The notes under the pieces: model-generated | Databases searched by the model: none | What the model was told of the DNA's origin: nothing | The model's input: only the letters and a program-made list of their open reading frames with translations | Made by a program: the position numbers and the translations under genes | Shown: in pieces, positions 24,765-36,155 of the stretch | Layout: each line of letters opens with the position of its first letter | Numbering within the stretch: position 1 is the first letter of the stretch | Source: Betaproteobacteria bacterium RIFCSPLOWO2_02_FULL_68_150 | Lineage (GTDB): Bacteria > Pseudomonadota > Gammaproteobacteria > Burkholderiales > SG8-39 | DNA length: 44,419 nucleotides | Direction: 5' to 3' | NCBI GenBank assembly: GCA_001771975.1 | Contig: MERE01000180.1 | Location: 1-44,419 of the forward strand

Positions 24765-26059
24765 TCGGCACGCTGCTCTTCGCGATCTTTCTCGTCCTCA
24801 TGTTCGGCGGCGTGCCGATCGGCGTCGCGCTCGGCATCGGCGGCATGATTTCGATCGCGCTGGCGAACGCGGACGCGCAGTATTTCGGGCTGCTCGCGGC
24901 GCCGCAGAATTTCTACGCCAGCATCGCCAAATATCCGCTGCTTGCGCTGCCGATGTTCGTGCTGGTCGGCTCGATCTTCGACCGCTCGGGCGTGGCGCAG
25001 CGCCTCGTCACCTTTGCCGTCGCGGTCGTGGGGCGCGGTCCCGGCATGCTGCCGATGGTGGCGATTCTCGTCGCCATGATCCTCGGGGGAATCTCCGGCT
25101 CCGGACCGGCGAACGCCGCCGCCGTGGGCGGCGTCATGATCGCCGCCATGTCGCGGGCCGGCTACCCCGCGGCGTTTTCCGCTTCCATCGTCGGCGCGGC
25201 CGCGGCCACCGACATCCTGATTCCGCCTTCGATCGCGTTCGTCGTCTACAGCGTGATGGTCGCGGGGGCTTCGGTTCCGGCGATGTTTGCCGCGGGGATG
25301 GTTCCCGGCGTGCTCGCCGGGATCGCGCTGATCGCGCCGGCGGTCTGGCTTTCGCGCCGCAACGGCTTTGGCAGCCACGAAGCCGACGAGCCGCGCCCCC
25401 GGTTCTGGCGCAGCCTGCGCGAAGCGGCGTGGGGAATCGCCGCGCCGGTGCTGATCCTGGGCGGCATGCGGCTGGGCTGGTTCACGCCGACCGAGGCCGC
25501 GGTGGTGGCGGTGTTCTACGGGCTTTTCGTCGGGATGGCGGTCCACGGCACGATCGGCTGGAAGGATCTCTTCGACATCTTCCGCGACGCGGGAGAGATC
25601 TCCGCCGTGATCATGATCGTGCTGGGCCTGGCGGGGATCTTCGCCTACTCGGTGAATACGCTCGGGCTTGCCGATCCGCTGGTGAAGGCGGTCACCGGGA
25701 GCGGGCTCGGCAGCACCGGGGCGCTGCTCGCGGTGTTCGCGGTGCTGCTTTTCGTCGGGGTGTTCCTGGATGGCGTCTCGATCTTCCTGATTTTCATTCC
25801 GCTTCTCACGCCGCTCATGAACGCCTTCGGCTGGGACGTGGTATGGTTTGGCGTCGTGCTGACGATGGCCGTGGCGATCGGGCAGATCACGCCGCCGATG
25901 GCCGTGAACCTGATGGTCGCCTGCCGGATGGCCGGCGTGTCGATGGAAAGTACGCTGCCCTGGGTCGGGTGGCTGGTGGCGAGCTTCGTGCTCGCCGCGT
26001 TCGCCGTGATTTTCGCGCCGCCGCTCGCGCTCTGGCTGCCGCGGGCGCTCGGCTACTAG
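24761..26059 (+). CDS. TRAP transporter large permease (DctM-type)
   Basis: 432 aa from the ATG that overlaps the DctQ stop (ATGA). MIGTLLFAIFLVLMFGGVPIGVALGIGG..SGSGPANAAAVG.., polytopic. The track ORF starts 84 nt too early. Confidence 0.92.
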   Translation: MIGTLLFAIFLVLMFGGVPIGVALGIGGMISIALANADAQYFGLLAAPQNFYASIAKYPLLALPMFVLVGSIFDRSGVAQRLVTFAVAVVGRGPGMLPMVAILVAMILGGISGSGPANAAAVGGVMIAAMSRAGYPAAFSASIVGAAAATDILIPPSIAFVVYSVMVAGASVPAMFAAGMVPGVLAGIALIAPAVWLSRRNGFGSHEADEPRPRFWRSLREAAWGIAAPVLILGGMRLGWFTPTEAAVVAVFYGLFVGMAVHGTIGWKDLFDIFRDAGEISAVIMIVLGLAGIFAYSVNTLGLADPLVKAVTGSGLGSTGALLAVFAVLLFVGVFLDGVSIFLIFIPLLTPLMNAFGWDVVWFGVVLTMAVAIGQITPPMAVNLMVACRMAGVSMESTLPWVGWLVASFVLAAFAVIFAPPLALWLPRALGY

Positions 26060-26089
26060 AATGCGTCAACTCAACCGGGAGGCACCACC

Positions 26090-27115
26090 ATGAAACGTCG
26101 CGTTTTCCTCAAAGCCACCAGCGCCGCCGCCGGCGCGCTCGCGTTCCCCGCCATCGCGCTGGGGCAGCAGTACAAGACCGAGTACAAGATGTCTACCGTC
26201 GTCCCGCCCGTGTTCGCCTGGGGCAAGGGCGGCGAGATCTTCGCCAACCTCGTGCGAGAGCGCACGGGCGGCCGCATCAACATCAAGCAGTACCCGGGCG
26301 CGTCGCTGGTGCAGGGCGACCAGACGCGCGAGTTCTCGGCGATGCGTCAGGGCGTGATCGACGTGCTGTGCGGCGCGCCGATCAACTGGTACAGCACGGT
26401 GCGCGAAATCGCCGTGTTCACGCTGCCGTTCATCACGCCCGACCACAAGTCGCTCGATGCAGTGCTGGCGAGCAGGGAGATCATGGACGAGTACTTCGGC
26501 CTCGTGCGCAAGGCCGGCGCCGAGCCGATCGCGGTCGGCGAGACGGGTTTCCGGCAGATCAGCAACTCCAAGCGCCCGATCGCCAAGCCGGATGACCTGA
26601 AGGGCCTGAAGATCCGCGTCGTCGGCAGCCCGATGTACGGCGAGATCATGTCCGGCATGGGAGCGAACCCGACGTTCATGAGCTGGGCGGATGCGCAGCC
26701 GGCGCTCGCCTCGGGCGCGGTCGACGGGCAGGAGAATCCGCTCGAAGTGTTCATGGTGGGGAAGATCCATACCCTCGGGCAGAAGTTCGTCACCAAATGG
26801 AATTACTCCAACGACATCCTGCTCTTCGCCATCGCCGGTTCGATCTGGCAGAGCTGGAGCGCGCAGGACCAGGGCATCGTGCGCCAGGCCGCGCAGGACG
26901 CGGCCCGCGAGCAGATCGGCATGGTGCGCAAGTATTTCGCCGAGGACGTGGAAAAGGTGCGCGCACTGGGCGTCGAGGTGAACGTGCCGACACCGGCCGA
27001 GATGTCCGCCTGGCAGGCGGCGAACCGGGGCGTCTACGCGAAGTGGAAAGCGCAGGTCAATCCGGGCCTGATCTCGAAGATCGAGCAGGTCGTCGCGCAG
27101 TCGCGCAAGGGCTGA
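26090..27115 (+). CDS. TRAP transporter solute-binding protein (DctP family)
   Basis: 341 aa. Signal peptide MKRRVFLKATSAAAGALAFPAIALG. The ..GFRQISN.. Arg lies at the family's carboxylate-binding position. ..VDGQENPL.. is also present. Confidence 0.92.
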   Translation: MKRRVFLKATSAAAGALAFPAIALGQQYKTEYKMSTVVPPVFAWGKGGEIFANLVRERTGGRINIKQYPGASLVQGDQTREFSAMRQGVIDVLCGAPINWYSTVREIAVFTLPFITPDHKSLDAVLASREIMDEYFGLVRKAGAEPIAVGETGFRQISNSKRPIAKPDDLKGLKIRVVGSPMYGEIMSGMGANPTFMSWADAQPALASGAVDGQENPLEVFMVGKIHTLGQKFVTKWNYSNDILLFAIAGSIWQSWSAQDQGIVRQAAQDAAREQIGMVRKYFAEDVEKVRALGVEVNVPTPAEMSAWQAANRGVYAKWKAQVNPGLISKIEQVVAQSRKG

Positions 27116-27116
27116 G

Positions 27117-27135
27117 CGCGCCGATCGCGGGCGCG
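27117..27135 (+). other. GC-rich stem-loop (CGCGCC-gatcgcg-GGCGCG) immediately after the DctP-type stop
   Basis: A 6-bp perfect stem with a 7-nt loop, read directly. There is no following T-tract, so it is not a classical intrinsic terminator. It may be an intercistronic mRNA-stability element. Confidence 0.25.
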
Positions 27136-27188
27136 TCGCGCCGCTGAGCACTATCGTCACCGCGGACAGCGTCACGAGGCTCGGCGAC

Positions 27189-27980
27189 GTGGCGGGGCGG
27201 GTGCTCGTCGCCGGCTCTCATGGCGGAGTGATCGCGGCGCAGTATGGCGCGCTCGCCGGCGCACGCGCGTTGATCCTCAACGATGCCGGCATCGGCAGGG
27301 ATCGCGCCGGCGTCGCGGGACTCGACTGGCTGGACGCCATCGGAATGGCGGCCGCCACGGTGGATTGCATGAGCGCGCGCATCGCCGACGGCAGGGACAT
27401 GCTCGCGCGCGGCGTGATCAGCTACGTCAACGCCAGCGCAGCGCGTTGCGGCGTCGCTGCAGGCCAGGCTTGTGCGGACGCGGCCGCAAGGCTCGGGCGT
27501 GCACCGCTGCCGCACGGCAAGCCGGCACCCTTTGCCGAGAATCGCTGGCGCATGGCCGAGGGTCCGCCCGAAGTGTGGGCGATCGATTCGCTCGGCAAAG
27601 TGCAGCCCGAAGACGCCGGCCGCATCCTGGTGATCGGCTCGCACGGCGCACTGCTCGGCGGGCGGCGCGAGTCGGCGCTGCAGATCGCGGCGGTGGCGGT
27701 GGTGCTGAACGACGCGGGCGTCGGGGCGGACCGCGCGGGCATCGCGCATCTGCCGGTGCTGGGCGAAGGCGGCATTGCCGCCACCACGGTGGATTGCATG
27801 AGCGCGCGCATCGGCGACGGACGTTCGATGTGGGAAAGCGGCGTGCTCTCGTATCTCAATGACGTGGCGGAGCGGCTCGGCGCGAGGCGCGGCGAGCGGG
27901 TGCAGGATTTTGCTGCGCGAGTCACCGTGGCCCACGCCAAGCGACGGGCGCCGAAGCGCGATGCTCCTGGGCAATCGTGA
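27189..27980 (+). CDS. Internally duplicated protein of unknown family (two ~140-aa repeats); the true start may be upstream
   Basis: 263 aa from GTG 27189. Repeat 1: GRVLVAGSHGG..LILNDAGIGRDRAGVAGL..AAATVDCMSARIADGRDM..GVISYVN. Repeat 2: GRILVIGSHGA..VVLNDAGVGADRAGIAHL..AATTVDCMSARIGDGRSM..GVLSYLN. High GC3 in this frame. Confidence 0.6.
   Translation: MAGRVLVAGSHGGVIAAQYGALAGARALILNDAGIGRDRAGVAGLDWLDAIGMAAATVDCMSARIADGRDMLARGVISYVNASAARCGVAAGQACADAAARLGRAPLPHGKPAPFAENRWRMAEGPPEVWAIDSLGKVQPEDAGRILVIGSHGALLGGRRESALQIAAVAVVLNDAGVGADRAGIAHLPVLGEGGIAATTVDCMSARIGDGRSMWESGVLSYLNDVAERLGARRGERVQDFAARVTVAHAKRRAPKRDAPGQS
27355..27384 (+). repeat. 30-nt perfect direct repeat, copy 1 (inside the duplicated gene)
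   Basis: ccacggtggattgcatgagcgcgcgcatcg is identical to 27784..27813, at an offset of 429 nt (143 codons). Confidence 0.9.
27784..27813 (+). repeat. 30-nt perfect direct repeat, copy 2
   Basis: Identical to 27355..27384. It encodes the TVDCMSARI core of the second protein repeat. Confidence 0.9.
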
Positions 27981-28053
27981 GCGCGGCTACCGAGTGCGCT
28001 GCGGCGCACAACATGCGCTAGAATCGCACGATTTCACTGTGGGCCCGCGTCAG

Positions 28054-28818
28054 ATGCGCAACCGGCTGGTGGCCGGCAACTGGAAGCTGCACGGCAGCCG
28101 CACCGCGAACCGCGCCCTGCTCGAGGCGATCGCGGACGGCGGCGGTGCCGGCGGGCCGGTGCAGTGCGCGGTGTGCGTGCCGTTTCCGTACCTCGCCCAG
28201 ATGGCCGAGCTGCTCGGCGGGACGCGCATCGCGTGGGGCGCGCAGGATGTCAGCGAGCATGCCTCGGGCGCCTATACCGGGGAAGTGTCTGCGGCGATGC
28301 TCGCGGAGTTCGGTTGCCGCTACGTGCTGGTGGGGCATTCCGAGCGCCGCCAGCTGCACGCTGAGACGGACGCGGCGGTCGCGGCCAAGTTCGCCGCAGT
28401 GCAGGGCAGTGCGATGACGCCGGTCCTGTGCGTCGGCGAAACGCTGAGCGAGCGCGACAGCGGCAGGACCGAGACGGTCGTGGCGCGGCAGCTGGATGCG
28501 GTCATCGCGCGCTGCGGCGCCGAGGCGTTCGCCAATGCCGTGGTGGCGTACGAGCCGGTGTGGGCGATCGGCACCGGGCGCAACGCCACGCCGGAACAGG
28601 CGCAAGCGGTGCACGCGTTCGTGCGCGTGCGCCTTGCGGCGCTGGGCAGGGCCACCGCGCAGGGGCTTCGCATCCTGTACGGCGGCAGCGTGAAGGCGGC
28701 CAACGCGGCGGCGATTTTTGCGATGCCCGACGTCGACGGCGGGCTGATCGGCGGGGCCTCGCTGGTGGCGGAGGATTTCCTGGCAATCGCGCGCGCAGCG
28801 GCGCGCGGCCAGGGCTGA
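28054..28818 (+). CDS. tpiA: Triosephosphate isomerase
   Basis: 254 aa from the internal ATG: [41 protein letters not shown]. The track ORF is over-extended upstream. Confidence 0.95.
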   Translation: MRNRLVAGNWKLHGSRTANRALLEAIADGGGAGGPVQCAVCVPFPYLAQMAELLGGTRIAWGAQDVSEHASGAYTGEVSAAMLAEFGCRYVLVGHSERRQLHAETDAAVAAKFAAVQGSAMTPVLCVGETLSERDSGRTETVVARQLDAVIARCGAEAFANAVVAYEPVWAIGTGRNATPEQAQAVHAFVRVRLAALGRATAQGLRILYGGSVKAANAAAIFAMPDVDGGLIGGASLVAEDFLAIARAAARGQG

Positions 28819-28831
28819 AAGAAAGGCGCAC

Positions 28832-29212
28832 ATGGATCTCTGGTTCACCGTGGTCATCGTGCTGCACGTGCTGGTCGCGCTGGCGATCATCGGGCTGGTG
28901 CTGCTTCAGCACGGCAAGGGTGCGGACATGGGTTCGGGTTTCGGCGGCGGCTCATCGGGGAGCCTCTTCGGCGCCACCGGCTCGGCGAATTTTCTCTCGC
29001 GCATGACGGCTGCGCTGGCGACGATCTTCTTTCTCACCAGCCTCGGGCTGGCGTACTTCGCGACGCACAAGCCGAAGACCTCGGGCAGCATCATGGATGC
29101 GGTGAAGAGCGAGCCGCCGCCGGCGGCCCAGCCTGCGCCCAGGTCGCCGCAGGCCGAGGTGCCGAAGCCCGCGGCGGCCGAAGGGTCGAAGGCGAAGGAT
29201 GTGCCCAATTAA
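28832..29212 (+). CDS. secG: Preprotein translocase subunit SecG
   Basis: 126 aa. [38 protein letters not shown] is the SecG signature. Conserved tpiA-secG pairing. Confidence 0.92.
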   Translation: MDLWFTVVIVLHVLVALAIIGLVLLQHGKGADMGSGFGGGSSGSLFGATGSANFLSRMTAALATIFFLTSLGLAYFATHKPKTSGSIMDAVKSEPPPAAQPAPRSPQAEVPKPAAAEGSKAKDVPN

Positions 29213-29244
29213 GCGATAATTTGATCGAGCGCAAACGCGCCAGC

Positions 29245-29332
29245 GCCCACGTGGTGAAATTGGTAGACACGCTAGCTTGAGGGGCTAGTGGCCTAAAAAG
29301 CCGTAGCAGTTCGAGTCTGCTCGTGGGCACCA
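29245..29332 (+). tRNA. tRNA-Leu (anticodon GAG), class II with long variable arm, encoded CCA
   Basis: Folded by eye. Acceptor GCCCACG/CGTGGGC. Anticodon arm CTAGC-TTGAGGG-GCTAG. Variable arm GGCC..GCC. T-arm AGCAG-TTCGAGT-CTGCT. Discriminator A plus CCA. Confidence 0.93.
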
Positions 29333-29371
29333 TGACTTTGGAGAGCGCAGTGAAGAAAGGAAACTGAAGGC

Positions 29372-29728
29372 GTGCTGGCAGAGTACTTTCCGATCCTGCT
29401 CTTCATATTGGTGGGGCTCGCGGTGGGCGTGATTCCGGTCGTGCTCGGCGCGCTGCTCGGGCCGCACCGCCCGGATCCCGAAAAGAACTCGCCGTACGAA
29501 TGCGGCTTCGAGGCCTTCGAGGACGCGCGCATGAAGTTCGACGTGCGCTACTACCTGGTGGCGATCCTTTTCATCCTGTTCGACCTGGAAATCGCGTTCC
29601 TCTTTCCGTGGGCTGCGGTGCTCGGCGAAATCGGCCTGTTCGGCTTCGTTTCGATGATGGTCTTCCTCGCCATCCTGGTGGTGGGCTTCGTCTACGAATG
29701 GAAGAAGGGGGCGCTCGAGTGGGAGTGA
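29372..29728 (+). CDS. nuoA: NADH-quinone oxidoreductase subunit A
   Basis: 118 aa, GTG start. [43 protein letters not shown]. Confidence 0.93.
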   Translation: MLAEYFPILLFILVGLAVGVIPVVLGALLGPHRPDPEKNSPYECGFEAFEDARMKFDVRYYLVAILFILFDLEIAFLFPWAAVLGEIGLFGFVSMMVFLAILVVGFVYEWKKGALEWE

Positions 29729-29746
29729 CGGCGGCGTGGAGGCGGC

Positions 29747-30223
29747 ATGAGCATTGAGGGCTTGCTGGAGCAGGGCTTCGTCACCACCACCGCGGACAAG
29801 CTGATCAACTGGACGCGCACCGGGTCGATGTGGCCGGTCACCTTCGGCCTGGCGTGCTGCGCCATCGAGATGATGCACGCCGGCGCCGCGCGCTACGATC
29901 TGGACCGCTTCGGCGTGGTGTTCCGGCCCAGCCCGCGGCAGTCCGACGTCATGATCATCGCCGGCACGCTCACCAACAAGATGGCGCCCGCGCTGCGCAA
30001 GGTCTACGACCAGATGCCCGAGCCGCGCTGGGTGATCTCGATGGGCTCCTGCGCCAACGGCGGCGGCTATTACCACTATGCGTATTCGGTGGTGCGCGGC
30101 GCCGACCGCATCGTGCCGGTCGACATCTACGTGCCGGGCTGCCCGCCGACCGCGGAGGCGCTGATCTACGGCATCATCCAGCTGCAGAACAAGATCAAGA
30201 GGACCAACACGATCGCGCGCTAG
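29747..30223 (+). CDS. nuoB: NADH-quinone oxidoreductase subunit B
   Basis: 158 aa. [41 protein letters not shown] (N2 cluster ligands). Confidence 0.96.
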   Translation: MSIEGLLEQGFVTTTADKLINWTRTGSMWPVTFGLACCAIEMMHAGAARYDLDRFGVVFRPSPRQSDVMIIAGTLTNKMAPALRKVYDQMPEPRWVISMGSCANGGGYYHYAYSVVRGADRIVPVDIYVPGCPPTAEALIYGIIQLQNKIKRTNTIAR

Positions 30224-30242
30224 CGCGGGCGTAACCCCGTCA

Positions 30243-30833
30243 ATGACGCCAAAGCTGCAACGCCTGAGCGATGCGCTGGAGCGGCTGCTGGGTGCGAAAC
30301 CGGTGGCGCGCCTCGGCGAGCTGACGCTCGAAGTGTCCGCGGGCGACTATCTCAAGACCGCGCAGACGCTGCGCGACCATGCGGAACTGCGCTTCGAGGA
30401 ACTGATGGACCTGTGCGGCGTCGACTATTCGACTTACGGCGACCGGCCCAGGCAGGGCGCGCGCTTCGCCGCGGTCGCGCACCTGCTGTCGGTGACGCAC
30501 AACTGGCGGCTGCGGCTGCGCGTGTTCTGCCCCGACGCAGCGTTTCCGCTGCTCGCCTCGCTGGTCGAGGTGTGGCCGAGCGTGAACTGGTACGAGCGCG
30601 AGGCCTTCGACCTGTTCGGCATCGTCTTCGAGGGGCATCCCGACCTGCGCCGCATCCTCACCGATTACGGCTTCGTCGGGCATCCGTTCCGCAAGGACTT
30701 TCCGATCCTGGGGCACGTCGAGATGCGCTACGACCCGGAGCAGAAGCGCGTCGTCTACGAGCCGGTCACGATCGAGCCGCGCGAGGTCACGCCGCGCGTA
30801 GTGCGCGAGGCGCACTATGGCGAGGGCGGCTAG
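30243..30833 (+). CDS. nuoC: NADH-quinone oxidoreductase subunit C
   Basis: 196 aa. [44 protein letters not shown]. Confidence 0.94.
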   Translation: MTPKLQRLSDALERLLGAKPVARLGELTLEVSAGDYLKTAQTLRDHAELRFEELMDLCGVDYSTYGDRPRQGARFAAVAHLLSVTHNWRLRLRVFCPDAAFPLLASLVEVWPSVNWYEREAFDLFGIVFEGHPDLRRILTDYGFVGHPFRKDFPILGHVEMRYDPEQKRVVYEPVTIEPREVTPRVVREAHYGEGG

Positions 30834-32086
30834 TGGCCGAGATTCGGAACTACACGGTGAACTTTGGCCCGCAGCATCCGGCGGCGCACGGCGTGCTGCG
30901 CCTGGTGCTGGAGCTGGACGGCGAGGTGGTGCAGCGCGCCGACCCGCACATCGGGCTGCTGCACCGCGCCACCGAGAAGCTGGCCGAGCAGCGCACCTGG
31001 ATCCAGTCGCTGCCCTACATGGACCGGCTCGACTACATCTCGATGATGTGCAGCGAGCACGCCTACGTGATGGCGATCGAGAAGCTCGCCGGCATCGAGG
31101 TGCCGATCCGCGCGCAGTACATCCGCGTGCTGTTCGACGAAATCACGCGCGTCATGAACCACCTCTTCGGGCTCGCCGCGCTCGGCCTCGACCTGGGCGC
31201 GATGACGGTGTTCCTGTACTGCTTTCGCGAGCGCGAGGACCTGCTCGACTGCTACGAGGCGGTGTCGGGCGCGCGCATGCACGCGGCGTACTACCGACCG
31301 GGCGGCGTCTACCGCGACCTGCCGGAGACGATGCCGCAGTACCAGGCGCAGCACACGCGCAGTGCGCGCACGCTCGCGGCGATGAACGACAACCGGCAGG
31401 GGTCGCTGCTGGATTTCATCGAGGATTTCACCGCCCGCTTCCCGAAGTGCATCGACGACTACGAGACGCTGCTCACCGAGAACCGCATCTGGAAGCAGCG
31501 CACCGTGGGCATCGGCGTGGTGTCTCCGGAGCGCGCCCTGGCGCTCGGTTTCAGCGGGCCGATGCTGCGCGGCTCGGGCGTCGCCTGGGACCTGCGGAAA
31601 AAACAGCCCTACGAGGTCTACCACCGGCTCGATTTCGATGTCGCGGTCGGCACCAACGGCGATACCTACGACCGGTATCTGGTGCGCGTAGAGGAAATGC
31701 GCCAGTCCAATCGCATCATCCGCCAGTGCGTCGACTGGCTGCGCCAGAACCCCGGGCCGGTGATCAGCGACAACCACAAGGTCGCGCCGCCCTCGCGCCT
31801 CGAGATGAAGGCCAACATGGAGGAGCTGATCCATCACTTCAAGCTCTTCACCGAAGGCATGCACGTGCCCGAAGGCGAGGCCTACGCCGCTGTAGAGCAC
31901 CCCAAGGGCGAGTTCGCGGTCTATTTCATCTCCGACGGCGCCAACAAGCCCTACCGCATGAAGCTGCGCTCGCCGGCGTTCTGCCACCTCTCGGCGATGG
32001 ACGAGATGGCGCGCGGCCACATGCTGGCCGACGCGGTGGCCGTGATCAGCACCCTCGACATCGTGTTCGGCGACGTCGATCGCTGA
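30833..32086 (+). CDS. nuoD: NADH-quinone oxidoreductase subunit D
   Basis: GTG start overlaps the nuo[55 protein letters not shown]. 417 aa. Confidence 0.96.
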   Translation: MAEIRNYTVNFGPQHPAAHGVLRLVLELDGEVVQRADPHIGLLHRATEKLAEQRTWIQSLPYMDRLDYISMMCSEHAYVMAIEKLAGIEVPIRAQYIRVLFDEITRVMNHLFGLAALGLDLGAMTVFLYCFREREDLLDCYEAVSGARMHAAYYRPGGVYRDLPETMPQYQAQHTRSARTLAAMNDNRQGSLLDFIEDFTARFPKCIDDYETLLTENRIWKQRTVGIGVVSPERALALGFSGPMLRGSGVAWDLRKKQPYEVYHRLDFDVAVGTNGDTYDRYLVRVEEMRQSNRIIRQCVDWLRQNPGPVISDNHKVAPPSRLEMKANMEELIHHFKLFTEGMHVPEGEAYAAVEHPKGEFAVYFISDGANKPYRMKLRSPAFCHLSAMDEMARGHMLADAVAVISTLDIVFGDVDR

Positions 32087-32092
32087 GCCGCC

Positions 32093-32572
32093 ATGCTGAG
32101 TCCCGAGAGCCTCAGGAGAATCGACCGCGAGATCGCCAAGTACCCGGCCGAGCACAAGCAATCGGCGGTGATGGCGGCGCTCATCGTGGCGCAGGACGAA
32201 AAGGGCTGGCTCGCCACCGAGACCATGGACTTCGTGGCGCAGTATCTGGGCATGGCGCCGGTGGCCGTCTACGAGGTCGCGAGCTTCTACAACATGTACA
32301 ACCTCGAGCCGGCCGGCCAGTACAAGCTCACGGTGTGCACCTGCCTGCCGTGCGGCCTGCAGGGCTCGCTCGACGCCGCCGACCACCTCAAGGCGCGGCT
32401 TGGCGTCGATTTCGGCGAAACCACCGCCGACGGCCGCTTCACCCTCAAGGAAGGCGAGTGCATGGGCGCCTGCGCGATGGCGCCGGTGGTGCTGGTGAAC
32501 AACAAGAAGATGCACGACTACATGTCGAACGCGAAGCTCGACGCGCTGCTCGACGAGCTGAGGAAGCGCTGA
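32093..32572 (+). CDS. nuoE: NADH-quinone oxidoreductase subunit E
   Basis: 159 aa. 2Fe-2S ligands in [25 protein letters not shown]. Confidence 0.94.
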   Translation: MLSPESLRRIDREIAKYPAEHKQSAVMAALIVAQDEKGWLATETMDFVAQYLGMAPVAVYEVASFYNMYNLEPAGQYKLTVCTCLPCGLQGSLDAADHLKARLGVDFGETTADGRFTLKEGECMGACAMAPVVLVNNKKMHDYMSNAKLDALLDELRKR

Positions 32573-32574
32573 AC

Positions 32575-33917
<1,343 letters not shown>

Positions 33918-33921
<4 letters not shown>

Positions 33922-36155
33922 GCGAGCTGAATCTCGAGATCGACGGCCGTGCGGTGGCGGTACCTCCGGGGGCCACCGTGATGGACGCGGCGGTGAAGCT
34001 CGGCATCTACGTGCCGCATTTCTGCTACCACAGGAAACTCTCGATCGCCGCCAACTGCCGCATGTGCCTGGTGGAAGTCGAGCGGGCGCCCAAGCCGCTG
34101 CCGGCCTGCGCCACCCCGGCGACCGACGGCATGAAGGTGCGCACCAATTCGGCGGGCGCGAAGTCCGCGCAGCAGGGCGTGATGGAGTTCCTGCTCATCA
34201 ACCACCCGCTCGACTGCCCGATCTGCGACCAGGGCGGCGAGTGCCAGCTGCAGGACCTCGCGGTCGGCTATGGCAAGAGCGCCTCGCGCTTCGAGGAGGA
34301 CAAGCGCGTCGTGCCGGCGAAGGACATCGGCCCGCTGGTGGCCGCCGAGGAGATGAGCCGCTGCATCCAGTGCACGCGCTGCGTGCGCTTCGGGCAGGAG
34401 ATCGCGGGCGTGATGGAACTGGGCATGATCCACCGCGGCGAGCATGCGGAGATCGTCGCCTTCGTAGGCCGCACGGTCGACTCGGAACTCTCGGGCAACA
34501 TGATCGACCTGTGTCCGGTAGGCGCGCTCACCTCGAAGCCGTTCCGCTTCGCCGCGCGCACCTGGGAACTCGCGCGCCGCAAGTCGATCTCGCCGCACTG
34601 CGGGCTCGGCTCGAACCTGGTGGTGCAGGTGAAACAGAACCGGGTGAAGCGCGTACTGCCGCTCGAAAACGAAGCCGTCAACGAATGCTGGCTCTCGGAC
34701 AAGGACCGCTATTCCTACGAGGCGCTCGAGTCGGGCGAGCGGCTGACGCGGCCGATGCTGAAAGACCACGGCCAGTGGCGCGAGGTCGATTGGCCGCAGG
34801 CGCTCGAGCGCGTCGCGGCGGAGCTGACCAAGGCCGCGGGCAGCGTCGGCATCCTCGCCACGCCGCATTCGACGCTCGAGGAACTGTACCTCGCCGGGCG
34901 GCTGGCGCAGGCCCTGGGCGGGAGCGCCGATTTCAGGCTGCGCCAGTCCGACTTCTCCGGCGACGCCAAGCGGGGCGGGATACCGTGGCTCGGCATGCCG
35001 GTGGCGAACCTGGACGGCCTCGACCGCGTGCTGGTGGTCGGCTCGTTCCTGCGCAAGGACCACCCGCTGCTCGCGCAGCGACTGCGCCAGGCGGCGAAGC
35101 GCGGCTGCCGGGTCAACGTGCTGCATTCGGTCGACGATGATTGGTTGATGCCGATCGCGAACCGCAAGATCGTGCCGCCGTCGGAGCTGCTCGAGGCGCT
35201 GCGTGGCGTCAATGGCACCCCGATCGGGGAGAGCCTGCGTTCCGGCAGGAACGTCGCCGTGCTGCTGGGAAACTTCGCGCAGCAGCATCCGCAGGCGGCG
35301 CAGTTGCAGGCTGCGGCGCAGGCGCTCGGCTACCCGATAGGCTTCCTCGGCGAGGCGGCGAATTCGGTAGGCGGTTACCTCGCCGGATTGCCCGTGGGCG
35401 GCAATGCCGCATCGGCGCTCGGGCACAAGGCCCTGGTGCTGCTCAATGCGGAGCCCGAGCTCGATTGCGCCGATCCGCAGACGGCGGGGCAGGCGCTCGA
35501 GCGGGCGCAGTTCGTGGTGGCGCTCGGCGCCTTCCGGCCGGCGCGCGATGGTGCCGACGTGCTGCTGCCGATCGCGCCGTTTGCCGAGACCGCGGGAACT
35601 TTCGTTTCCACCGAGGGGCGGATCCAGTCGTTCCATCCGGCGGTGCGCCCGGCGGGCGATGCGCGCCCGGCGTGGAAGGTGCTGCGCGTGCTGGGCAACC
35701 TGGCCGGCGTGGCGGGATTCGATTACGAAACTCTCGAGCAGGTGCGCGAGGCATGCCTGCGCGGCAAGGACCTCGCGGCGCTGCTGTCCAACCGCATCGA
35801 TCTCGCGGCCTCGCCCGCGGCGCCTGCGCCGCAGGGACTGCAGCGCATCGCCGAGGTTCCGATCCATTTTGCCGATGCCCTGGTGCGGCGCGCGCCGTCG
35901 CTGCAGAAGACGCGCGATGCGCAGCCGCCGCGCGCGTGGATGAACGCGCGCCTGATGCAGCAGCTCGGCGTCAGCGCAGGCCAGCCGGTGCTCATCCGGC
36001 AGGGCAGCGGCGAGGCGCGGCTCGCCGCGGCGCTGGACGACCGGCTGCCGGAGGGCTGCGTCCGGGTGCCGGCCGCGCACGCCTCCACCGCCGGGCTGGG
36101 TGCGATGTTCGGCACGCTCGGCGTGCAGGCCGTGGCCGTGGGAAAGGCCGCCTGA
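33918..36155 (+). CDS. nuoG: NADH-quinone oxidoreductase subunit G
   Basis: 745 aa, ATGA overlap with nuo[51 protein letters not shown]. Confidence 0.95.

Noticed and set aside
27355-27813. The 30-nt perfect direct repeats, considered as CRISPR, IS-end or att-like elements.
   Set aside because: There are only two copies. Both are in frame inside one gene and encode the same peptide (TVDCMSARI) in two homologous protein repeats, so this is an internal gene duplication and not a mobile or CRISPR feature.
27994-28024. Stem-loop GTGCGC-tgcg-GCGCAC plus TAGAAT upstream of tpiA, considered as a terminator/promoter pair.
   Set aside because: There is no U-tract after the stem and no recognisable -35 for TAGAAT. 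It is plausible but unsupported.
29214-29236. GATAAT followed by TTGATcgagCGCAA before tRNA-Leu, considered as a promoter with a second FNR site.
   Set aside because: The right half-site matches only 3/5 and no acceptable -35 lies at 15-18 nt. GATAAT may still be a tRNA/nuo -10, but I cannot support that.
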